Assembly: GCA_965261595.1 (NCBI GenBank)
Contig: CBDHDG010000004.1
Coordinates: 128,001 to 192,000 of the forward strand
From: a bacterium
GTDB taxonomy: Bacteria; UBA8248; JACPRG01; G963555815
DNA: 64,000 bases
Direction of reading: 5' to 3'
A program made the position numbers and the translations under genes. Numbering within the stretch: the first letter of the stretch is position 1; every line of letters begins with the position of its first letter. Below the pieces are notes generated by a model. The model searched no databases. It was not told where the DNA came from and saw nothing but the letters and a program-made list of their open reading frames with translations. Shown here piece after piece: positions 41,295-49,918 of the stretch.

Positions 41295-41684
41295 ATGGCG
41301 AAATTCCATTGTGACCACATCCATTTCCGGGCAACCGATATTCCGCCGGTTATCGAGTTTTTCAAGAAGATGTTCGACGCCGAGGTTTTTTCAGAAGGCG
41401 AGATGCACGGCTATCCCTTCATCCGCATGAAGCTGGGCGATGTCGATCTCACAGTCTCCGGCCCCCCCCAAGGGGTCACGGACCTTCATCCGACGGCGGG
41501 AAAGCTCATGAGCGGGCTCGATCACATCGCCCTTGGCGTGGATGACCTGGATGCGGTCGCGGTGGACTTGAAAGCCAAAGGCGCCAAATTCATCACGGAG
41601 CCCACACAGTCCAATCCAAATCTGAAAATCTCGTTTATCGAAGGACCCGTCGGAATCCGCGTCGAAATCCTCCAACGGATGTAA
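41295..41684 (+). CDS. VOC/glyoxalase family protein
   Basis: DHIH, GLDHIALGVDDL, FIEGP.G.RVEI. Confidence 0.88.
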   Translation: MAKFHCDHIHFRATDIPPVIEFFKKMFDAEVFSEGEMHGYPFIRMKLGDVDLTVSGPPQGVTDLHPTAGKLMSGLDHIALGVDDLDAVAVDLKAKGAKFITEPTQSNPNLKISFIEGPVGIRVEILQRM

Positions 41685-41726
41685 TCGATCTCCGCCGGGG
41701 CGGGGGCGAGGGGGGGGGGAGCCGGT

Positions 41727-42587
41727 TTGGAACAGATCAGTCCGCACGTTTTCATCTCTTCCGATCACGGCGCGTGCACTGTCGGGGCTGTCCGGACATC
41801 CGAGGGGGTGGTCCTCGTCGATGCACCCAACCGGGCCACGGGGGCGGTGCGCTGGCGCGAGGAGGTCAAGTCTCTCGGCGAGGCCCGCTATCTCATCAAC
41901 ACCGAACACCACGTCGACCACGTCTTCGGAAACCATTTCCTTCCCGGCGTCATCATCGCGAACCACTACACGAAAGAAAACTTCTATCAAGAGGGCTTTC
42001 ACGGGAAAGGCAACGCCGCCGGGCCGAGCCGTCTCCTGGACCCTGTTGGATACACGAAAGATGAGGATCCCGAAGGGATCGGCCTGGTCGCGGACTACCG
42101 GCCCCGGGAGCCGGAAATTGTTTTTCGGGGCGGCCTGACGATTGGGCTTGGCGACTTCGAGATCGAAGTGTTCGAAGCGGCGGGACATATGCCGGCGAAC
42201 ACCGTCGTCTACGTCCGCGAGGATCGCGTCCTGTTCACCGGAGACAACATTTTCAACCGGGTGATGACGTGGTTCCACGAGTGTCTTCCGCGCGAGTGGC
42301 TGAAAACACTGGACCGGCTCAAACAATTTGAAATCGCGGTCGTCGTGCCGGGTCACGGGAAGCCCGGGGGAATGGAAATCATCGATGAGATGCGCCAAGT
42401 GGTCGAGGATGCCATCGGCCGCGTCCAGTCCGCCATCGATTCCGGAATGAGCCGCGAGGAAGCGGCAGGGCGGGTCACGTTCGAAGACCTCCAACCCGTT
42501 CTCGACCGGCTCCGACACCGGCTGCCCGGCCTCCAACGGGTCTTCGTGGGGCGGGTGTACGATCAACTTCAGGGGGAACAGCCGTGA
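41727..42587 (+). CDS. MBL-fold metallo-hydrolase
   Basis: TEHHVDHVFGN, AGH, FTGD, VVPGHG. Confidence 0.88.
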   Translation: MEQISPHVFISSDHGACTVGAVRTSEGVVLVDAPNRATGAVRWREEVKSLGEARYLINTEHHVDHVFGNHFLPGVIIANHYTKENFYQEGFHGKGNAAGPSRLLDPVGYTKDEDPEGIGLVADYRPREPEIVFRGGLTIGLGDFEIEVFEAAGHMPANTVVYVREDRVLFTGDNIFNRVMTWFHECLPREWLKTLDRLKQFEIAVVVPGHGKPGGMEIIDEMRQVVEDAIGRVQSAIDSGMSREEAAGRVTFEDLQPVLDRLRHRLPGLQRVFVGRVYDQLQGEQP

Positions 42588-42594
42588 GGAGATT

Positions 42595-43227
42595 TTGAAG
42601 CGGGCCGAAAAGAGCGCGCTGGACGAGTTCGTGACGGAGGTGTCCAAGGGCCTGGAGAAAGTCAGCGACGCTGACGAGGCCACCCGGGTGGTGCAGAAGG
42701 CCATCCCGAGACTCTTGGGGGATCGCGCGTGGCTTGCGGCCGAGCACCGGAACCCCTCCGCGCGGGAGTTCACCCGCAGCCTCATCTATCGACATCCCGA
42801 CCTGGGCTTCGCGGTCGTGGCGACCGTCTGGAAACCCGGCCAGGGGACCCCCGTTCACGACCACGGAGGCGTCTGGGGCGTCGAGGGGGTGCTCGAAGGC
42901 ACTGTCCGGGTGATCCAATATGACGTAGTGGGAACGGAGCATTCAGATGAGGAGATTCGCATCCGTCAGGGGCGCCGAATCGAGGCGCGGCCGGGGGACA
43001 TCGAGCGTCTGGTCCCGCCGTTCGGACATCACCGAATGGTGAACGTCAGCGATACACCCGCCACCACCATTCACGTATTCGGCGATTACCCGCTCAAACC
43101 GCGAATTTACGAGGACAAGGGCGACGGCACATTCGGACTCGAGATCCAAGGCGAACATTGGGAGGAGATCGAAGCCGCGCGCGAGAAGAGAAAGGCGAAG
43201 CCTTCGCCCGATCAACGGCCGAATTGA
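42595..43227 (+). CDS. Cysteine dioxygenase-family cupin
   Basis: WKPGQGTPVHDH, HRMVN, TIHVFG. Confidence 0.82.
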   Translation: MKRAEKSALDEFVTEVSKGLEKVSDADEATRVVQKAIPRLLGDRAWLAAEHRNPSAREFTRSLIYRHPDLGFAVVATVWKPGQGTPVHDHGGVWGVEGVLEGTVRVIQYDVVGTEHSDEEIRIRQGRRIEARPGDIERLVPPFGHHRMVNVSDTPATTIHVFGDYPLKPRIYEDKGDGTFGLEIQGEHWEEIEAAREKRKAKPSPDQRPN

Positions 43228-43331
43228 GCCAAAAGAATCTCGGGGGGTGTGTGTGGAAGGAGGCGTAATCCGAACGCGGAAGAAGGTCCGGATAATCCGC
43301 GAGGGCCGATCGATCAGGATGACCCGGAATC

Positions 43332-43535
43332 TCAGAGATTGCCCGTGAAGTAGAGGCCGGCGAATGCCACCACCACAATCAAACCCAGCATGAGCCACAG
43401 AAACTGGTCCATCTCGCCCGCGGAGAAGTATCGGCTATGATGGATATCCATCTGCTGTCGTTCGATTCCGGAAAGCTTCTTCTTGTGCTCTTTGAATCTC
43501 GGCCGCTCCGGAGAGGGGCGCCGCCTGGTCGCCAA
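43332..43535 (-). CDS. Small membrane protein (67 aa, C-terminal TM helix)
   Basis: Basic N-terminus, FLWLMLGLIVVVAFAGLYF; start uncertain. Confidence 0.5.
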   Translation of the reverse strand: MATRRRPSPERPRFKEHKKKLSGIERQQMDIHHSRYFSAGEMDQFLWLMLGLIVVVAFAGLYFTGNL

Positions 43536-43545
43536 GTATTTCGAC

Positions 43546-43622
43546 CGCGATTATATACTTGACCCCTCGACCCACTCATGTAGTAAAACGGACCCAAAAG
43601 GCCGAACCACAAGATGTAGGGG
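43546..43622 (+). repeat. Orphan, diverged copy of the cassette terminal repeat
   Basis: CGCGATTATATACTTGAC...CATGTAG...ACCACAAGATGTAGGGG matches the ends at 46445 and 47352. Confidence 0.65.
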
Positions 43623-43703
43623 TTGACATTCTCCCTATTTCTGCTCGAAACTGAAGCTCCTTAGATCACTAGACTTTGATAGCAGAGATTGCACACAGGT
43701 TCT

Positions 43704-46321
43704 TGGAGTTACCCCGGTTTCGTGGAGAGTTAAGCACTTGGGTTTTCAGGGTGTGCGTTGTTGTCTCCTTTCGTAGTTAACGGGTGACAGGTTGTCGATG
43801 GAGGAGTGCCGACGACGCGGGTTGTAGAAGCCCTCGATGAACCCGAACACCTCCGTGCGCGCCTCGGCCCGGGTGCGGAAACTGTGGCGAGCGAGGAGCT
43901 CGCACTCCAGCGTGGCGAAAAAGCTCTCACACAGCGCGTTGTCGTAGCAGTCCCCGACCGAACCCATGGAGGGACGCACGCCTGGACCGCCCCTGGGTTA
44001 TTGGACACTCGGGTGAGGGTATTCGACCTCATGCGGCCTCCGCAACTTGAGCGAGTTTTTCCTGCCTTGCCTGGGCCGGCGTTCGGTAGCCGTAGCCCTC
44101 GAGAATCCAATGATGGTTGTACAGGTTCTTGAACTCAAGCAGCGCCCACCGCAGTTCCTCTACGGTGGCGAAAGAGCGCACCCACAGGAGATTCTCCTTC
44201 AAGATGCGGATAAACCACTCACAGTAGCCATTTCCCTCGGGCGCCCGCACGAAGCTGGGCGAACTGGTCATGCCCAGGTAGGCGATCTCCCGCTGAAAGT
44301 CATCGGACAGATAGGCGGGGCCGTGGTCGTGACGAACTTTAAGCCCCTCGGCGACGTCCGCCTCCAAGCCGGCGAAGCGCTCGGCGACCCCCTGCCGGAT
44401 CGGCTCCAGGGCCTCGAAGCGGTTGCCGCTCTTGGCCGCATGGATCCCCACGCAGTCCACCGAGCAGTGATCCACCGCCACGAACACCGAGGCCACCCCC
44501 TCCTCGGTGGTCACCGTCGTCGTCATGTGCGTGCCCCACATTCGGTCGGGCCGCTCGGTGCGGATGGTCCCGTTGTGGGCCTTGGGACCTCGGGGTTTGC
44601 CCACCCGGTGGGGGGCCTGAAGCCCCGCCTCCCGCATCAGGCGACGCACCCGCTCCTTGCTGGTGCGGATGCCCGCGAAGCGTAGCCTCGCCCACACCTT
44701 GCGGTAGCCCTCGCCATGGAAGGGAGAGTCCTCCAGGACCTGCCGGATGTGGCCGAGGAGTTCCGCATCGGTGCACGGGCCCACAGGGCCGCGCTTATTG
44801 GGCGTGGGGCGTTCATGAACGGGGACCGCCTCTCGCCGCCGTTGCGCGTAGACCGTGGAGCGCGCCAAGCCCCAAAGGGCGCACACCCGCTTCAGGCCGT
44901 AGGCTCTGCCCGTGGAGGTGAAGCGGGCCTGACTCATCGCCTCCACCTCCTGCCGGCTAAAGGGCGGCCGGCCTCCAGGCGGTCGATCTTCTCCCGCAGG
45001 ACCTCGCCCTCCATCGTGAGTTCGCCCACCTTGGCCTTGAGCCGGGCGTTCTCCTCGGCCCGCTCATCCGCCGGGCGGGCTTTGAGCGCCGCCTCGCCCC
45101 CGCGAAGGAACGCCTCGCGCCAGGCGGAAAGCCGAGCCGCTGTCGTGCCCAACTCGCGGCAGAGCGTCTCCAGGCTCTCGCCCCGCAAAAGACGCAGGAC
45201 CGCCTCCCGCTTGCGCCTGGCAGGAGAACCGACCCCGCTCACTGCGATGCCATGGGGCCTTGGCTCCGTTCGCCCTGCGGGCGCCCTCCGCCAAAGCCCC
45301 CTCTTGCTTTTGTTCGTTCATCGCGACACCCCTTTCTCCATGAATCATGGATCAATCGAGTGTCCAACAAAACCCTAGAGCGGGGGACGCCCGCCTGCCG
45401 GCAGCGCTGCCCAAAGGCGACCGAGGTGTACTGCGTGCCCTGGTCGGAGTGGTGGATGACGGCCCGGGGACGGCGCTTATACAGCGCCATGTCGAGCGCG
45501 TCGAGCACCAACTCGGCCCGCAGGTGTGTGGCCATCGACCACCCCACGATGCGCCGGCTGAACGCATCGGGCGCCACGGCCAGATACAAAAACCCCGCCC
45601 ATGTCGGAACGTAGGTGATGTCGGCCACCCACAGCCGGTCGGGGGCCTCGGCCGTGAAGTTGCGGTCCACCAGATCAGGGGCCGGCCGCGCCTCCTGCCG
45701 GCGCTGCGTCGTGCGCACTCCCTTGCGCCGACTGACGCCCGCAAGTCCCGCCCCACGTATCAGCCTGGCGACGCGCTTGCGGCCCACACGCACTCCCTCA
45801 GCCTCCAGCTCGGCATGGACGCGCGGCACGCCGTAAGTCCCCCGAGAACGCTCGTGGATCGCCTGAATGCGTTTGGTGAGCGCCCGATCGGCACACGAGC
45901 GGGCACACGGCGCGCGCCTGCACCACGCGTAGTAGCCGCTGGAGGAGACGCCCAGCACCCGGCACATGGTGGCGGTCCGATACATGGCCTGGTTCGCCCT
46001 CACGAACCCGTAGATCCGGACGGGATCGAATCGGTATCCCGAGCAAACCAGGCCGCGGCTTTTGCCAGGATCTCCCACTCATCGCTCGTGAGCCCGTCTT
46101 TGCGACGCCCCTCGTCGACGTCGGCTTGATGGGCCCAGGTGCGGATCGTCTGCACCGAGGGCTCGAACTCGCGCGCCAGCGCCTCGGGCGTGCGTCCCGC
46201 CCAGACCAACTCTACCATCTGGCGGCGGAACTCCATTGGATAGCGTGGGTGAGTCTGTGGCATCGTGAACACCTCCTTTACCCCCAAATCATCAGGTGTC
46301 CACCAAACCGGGTCAACTCCA
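43704..46321 (-). mobile_element. Second IS3-family element, interrupted by copy 2 of the 1.4-kb IS
   Basis: IRs TGGAGTTACCCCGGTTTCGTGGA / (rc) TGGAGTTGACCCGGTTTGGTGGA; orfA 46000-46263, orfB split into 45388-~46030 (WVADITY, HHSDQGTQY) and 43746-43982 (YDNALCESFF); no TSD visible. Confidence 0.88.
43983..45387 (-). mobile_element. IS3-family element, copy 2 (1405 bp, defective)
   Basis: Same IRs; TSD CGCC (43979-82, 45388-91); +1 nt in orfA near 45217; orfB WGTDMT changed to WGTHMT. Confidence 0.92.
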
Positions 46322-46444
46322 ACCAGAGCCAAAACTCGCGGGTTGCGTAATACCATAGGTGACCAAGATAACAGGTGCTTACACGAGCATTTCAAGAGCA
46401 AAATTCAAACCAAAAGTTGATTATCACGAACCAGAAGAAAAAAA

Positions 46445-47352
46445 CGGAATTATGTACTTGACGCAGACGACCACAACATGTAGATCGTCCCCGCGTCTCG
46501 GCTGACCACAAGATGTAGGGGCATGCTTCAACTCAAGTCATGGTGGAGTTGGATTCGCAATTATGCGCTTGACTCAACCGAAGAGGGATCATACAATGAC
46601 TGAATCATGCTCAATTGGCTTCGCAAAGTCGCCCTCTTTTTGGCGGGTGAATTACTGCGGAGCTGGATATGGCCCATTGCGGTCACGGCGGCTGGCGTCA
46701 TGATCGGTTTTGCGCAACATATCCAGTTGTTCAACCTATATGTTGGAGCGGTCATTCTGTTTTCAGTTTCCTCTATGGGATTGTTGCGATTCAGCGAATG
46801 GCGGTATCGTAATAGAGTTGCGGATATGCTTAACTTTCATAGTGTGAGAACTGACAGAATAATCGACAAAGCTGGTGTAGTAAAATCACTGCGGATTGGT
46901 GCTACGTTTAACAACAAAGCTCTTTTCCCGGTGACATTTGAGGTTGTAAATGTCGTCTCAACATTTGATAAGTTGTACCCGACAAAAGAGCCATATGCCA
47001 AGAATAGCTATACCATCCCTGCAGGAGGGATGGGGTGGTTTGACGATCACTACATATCCTATAGAGCAGAAGAGAAGCGGCGTTTTTGAGGGCGGTCTTG
47101 AATTTGAGTTTAAGTACGGAAGAAAAGGAAAAACCAACAACACATTGCATATAAACAAAAAGTTGTTTTTACACTTCAATGAAAAGGGCGATATTCAGCG
47201 CGTGGATTTTATCGATCAATGAAACCGAACGATCTGATAGAGCGCATCTTCTGGAAACGGATCGATGGAAGCATGCCCCTACATCTTGTGGTCAGCCGAG
47301 ACGCGGGCGCGACCTACATGTTGTGGTCGTCTGTGTCAAGTATATAAATACG
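46445..47352. mobile_element. Non-autonomous cassette (908 bp) with long TIRs and a passenger gene, IS1595-like ends
   Basis: ~85-bp inverted repeats (46445-~46530, ~47267-47352), 8-bp TSD GAAAAAAA (46437-44, 47353-60), no transposase, low-GC interior. Confidence 0.85.
46607..47222 (+). pseudogene. Passenger hypothetical membrane protein, probably one gene frameshifted near 47055
   Basis: Two N-terminal hydrophobic helices; overlapping ORFs 46607-47089 and 46950-47222; AT-rich codon usage. Confidence 0.5.
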
Positions 47353-47362
47353 GAAAAAAATG

Positions 47363-47767
47363 ATGGCGGATAAGCCGAAAAGCACGTCCCTTTCCCAACC
47401 CGTTCATCACAAAGACGCGGAATTTCCCGCGATTGAATGCGTCCCCAATCAATATGCGGGGCGAGATTATACTGTTGACCTATCGATCCCCGAGTTTACC
47501 TGTATCTGCCCGGTCACCGGTCAGCCGGATTTCGCAGAGATCCGCGTGAAGTATGTCCCGGGAAAGACGCTGATCGAATTAAAATCCTTGAAGTTCTATA
47601 TCCAGGCCTACCGGAGCGTCGGCATTCACCACGAATCGGGCGTCAACAGGATCCTCGACGATTTGGTCAATGCTTGCGCGCCCCGAAAGATGGAGGTTGT
47701 TGGAGATTTCTCGGTCCGGGGGGGCATCAAGACCGTTGTGCGGACGGCCTACGAAAGCCGGGAATAG
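47363..47767 (+). CDS. queF: NADPH-dependent 7-cyano-7-deazaguanine (preQ0) reductase
   Basis: PEFTCICPVTGQPDFA, ELKSLKFY, HE, VRGGI. Confidence 0.95.
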   Translation: MADKPKSTSLSQPVHHKDAEFPAIECVPNQYAGRDYTVDLSIPEFTCICPVTGQPDFAEIRVKYVPGKTLIELKSLKFYIQAYRSVGIHHESGVNRILDDLVNACAPRKMEVVGDFSVRGGIKTVVRTAYESRE

Positions 47768-47775
47768 CTACGATC

Positions 47776-48444
47776 TCACGGGGTGGACCGCGCATGAAGA
47801 CCCGCGAGAATCGCCCGGGCGCTGAGAACATTGGTGAAACCCGACAGGCCCTTCAGAACCCCCGTGTGGACCTCGGCGTCCCAGGTGGTCATCATGTCGT
47901 GGGCCATCACCACCCGGAAATTCCGTTGGTAGGCGTCGAACGCCGTGGCTTGCACGCAGTAATTCGTATAGACCCCGGTCAGGATCAGCGTTTCGATGTT
48001 CAGCGCGCGCAGTTGCTCTTCCAGATCGGTTCCGAAAAAGCTGCTGAACCGGACCTTGACGATCTCCAGGTCGAAGCCGGAAAACCCCTCCCCTTCCACC
48101 GTCCGCGCGCCCCAGGACCCGGGTCGCAGACCGTCCTCTTTCAGAAAAGGCCGGCTCTCGATGTGCAGCCCCGCCTCGACGGGCGCGCCGTCCGGGCCGC
48201 AGGCGTATTCCGTCCGAACGTTGATGAGCCGCGCGCCGCTCTGTTTGGATGCGGCCAGGAATTCGGCCAACGGACCCATCAGGGCCGAGATGCCGGGACA
48301 TTCCAGCCCGTTGCGGGCATAAATCCCCTCCGGCGCGCAGAAGTCGTTCTGGACGTCGATGAGAAGAACCGCCGTGGATTCGGGCCGAAGCGTGAGGGGA
48401 ATCCGCGGGAAGTCGCCCACCGCCTGACGAAATGAATCGTTCAT
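47776..48444 (-). CDS. Isochorismatase-family cysteine hydrolase
   Basis: LLIDVQNDF, K.RFSSFFGT, GVYTNYCV. Confidence 0.9.
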   Translation of the reverse strand: MNDSFRQAVGDFPRIPLTLRPESTAVLLIDVQNDFCAPEGIYARNGLECPGISALMGPLAEFLAASKQSGARLINVRTEYACGPDGAPVEAGLHIESRPFLKEDGLRPGSWGARTVEGEGFSGFDLEIVKVRFSSFFGTDLEEQLRALNIETLILTGVYTNYCVQATAFDAYQRNFRVVMAHDMMTTWDAEVHTGVLKGLSGFTNVLSARAILAGLHARSTP

Positions 48445-49376
48445 GTCGCGCCTCCTTTCGCGGCCTCCGCCGGGTTGGGCCGGAGCGCCTGCTCCAGAAT
48501 GTCCATCCCCACCCGTTTGCTGAAGCCCTCGATCAGTTTCATGGTGACCTTCCCGGGGACGGCGCCCCGGAGGGATTGGCCGTTGATGAGTCCGGCGGGC
48601 AGGATGGCGAAACTCGTGGTGCACAAGAAGGCCTCGTCCGCGTTGACCGCTTCGAAGATCGTCATGTCCCCTTCCCGGACAGGAATTCCCGCTTCCCCGG
48701 CGATCTCGAGAATCTCCATCCTCGTAATCCCTTCGAGGACATTCAGCAAACTGGGCGTCAGCAATGTTTCTCCGGACACCACAAAGAAATTGGCGAAACT
48801 GCTCTCTGTGATGAAACCGCGCAAGTCCAGCATCAGGGGATAACAGCGCGATTCCACGAGACGGGCCTGAAGGTTCGCCTGGATGTGGTTGGATTTGTTC
48901 GTGATCTTGGCCCGCGAATCCAGGGCCTCCGGCGGGGTGCGCCGGATCGCGGGCGTCACCAAGTGCGCGCCGCGGTGGAAGTCGCTGGCATAGGCCGTGA
49001 AATCCAGCGGGACGCAGTAAATCGCGACCGTCGCCGGCCCGGATACGCCGTGGGTGGATCGAAGGCTCACGCCCCGGCTGATATTGTGCCAGATTTGATA
49101 ATCCTCTCCCGCGCCCAGAAGATGCCGGTTCCGATTAAGGACCTCGTGGGTCAGCTTCTCCAACTCGTCCAGTGACAGGCCGGGGTCAATCTGCATATAC
49201 CTCATGGAGCTTTCAAGCCGCCGCAGGTGGCGGTCCAGCCGGAAGGGCGCCCCTCCGTACGTCCGGGTCATCTCGTAGACGCCGTCTCCGGCCCTGAACC
49301 CGGCGTCGAAAATCGAGACCTTCGCCTCGGATTCCGGGACGTATTCACCGTTGAGAAAAACCGTTCTCTCGCTCAT
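48441..49376 (-). CDS. Class IV aminotransferase (branched-chain/D-amino acid type)
   Basis: FLNGEYV, D.GFRAGDGVYE, HLRRL, AKIT, LEGITR, ADEAFL. Confidence 0.9.
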   Translation of the reverse strand: MSERTVFLNGEYVPESEAKVSIFDAGFRAGDGVYEMTRTYGGAPFRLDRHLRRLESSMRYMQIDPGLSLDELEKLTHEVLNRNRHLLGAGEDYQIWHNISRGVSLRSTHGVSGPATVAIYCVPLDFTAYASDFHRGAHLVTPAIRRTPPEALDSRAKITNKSNHIQANLQARLVESRCYPLMLDLRGFITESSFANFFVVSGETLLTPSLLNVLEGITRMEILEIAGEAGIPVREGDMTIFEAVNADEAFLCTTSFAILPAGLINGQSLRGAVPGKVTMKLIEGFSKRVGMDILEQALRPNPAEAAKGGAT

Positions 49377-49918
49377 CGCTGCCTCCTCGCCGGACATCCG
49401 AATCACCCTGAAGATGGAATTCAATCGGATTCCGGCGGGTGAACTTGGACTTTTTCTATGAACGGAAACCCGATTCTGTCCACGCGTCTATCGAACAGCC
49501 GGTTCCGACTTAACACTGTCGCCCCGATGGACGACGACCAAGGTCCATGTGGCGCTTTGCCCATCCGGCGTCAGTGGGGGACCTCCCCCAGAACAAAAAG
49601 TATCTTATAATACGCTTTATGGGCCGGGAACACGCTCTCCGGCGAGCAAACGCACCCATGTAACACGAAGCGTCCTGAATCAGGGCGATGCGGCGTTGCA
49701 TTGCTTCAACATCTTGCTCGACAGAAGGCCGCACGTTGCGAACCAGACGAACGGGTAGCGGAACGTCTTCCAAAATGCGGAGGCCGATCATGGTTTTCCT
49801 ATCGTTCTGACAGGGGTGAGAAACCGACCGTCCCAAAGACAACACCTTCCGGACCTTTCCGGAAACGGTTCCGGGGGGGGCAATCGGCGCACCCGAAAAT
49901 CCTGAAGGCGAAAAAACC

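Noticed and set aside
43690..46444. preQ1 riboswitch upstream of queF, possibly split by the IS elements
   Set aside because: Joining the flanks gives GGTTCT and an A-rich tract but no closing P1 stem.
46445..47352. Repeated CCACAAGATGTAG units as a CRISPR array or integron attC sites
   Set aside because: Only two short units per end, arranged as terminal inverted repeats with a TSD; no spacer series, cas or integrase gene.
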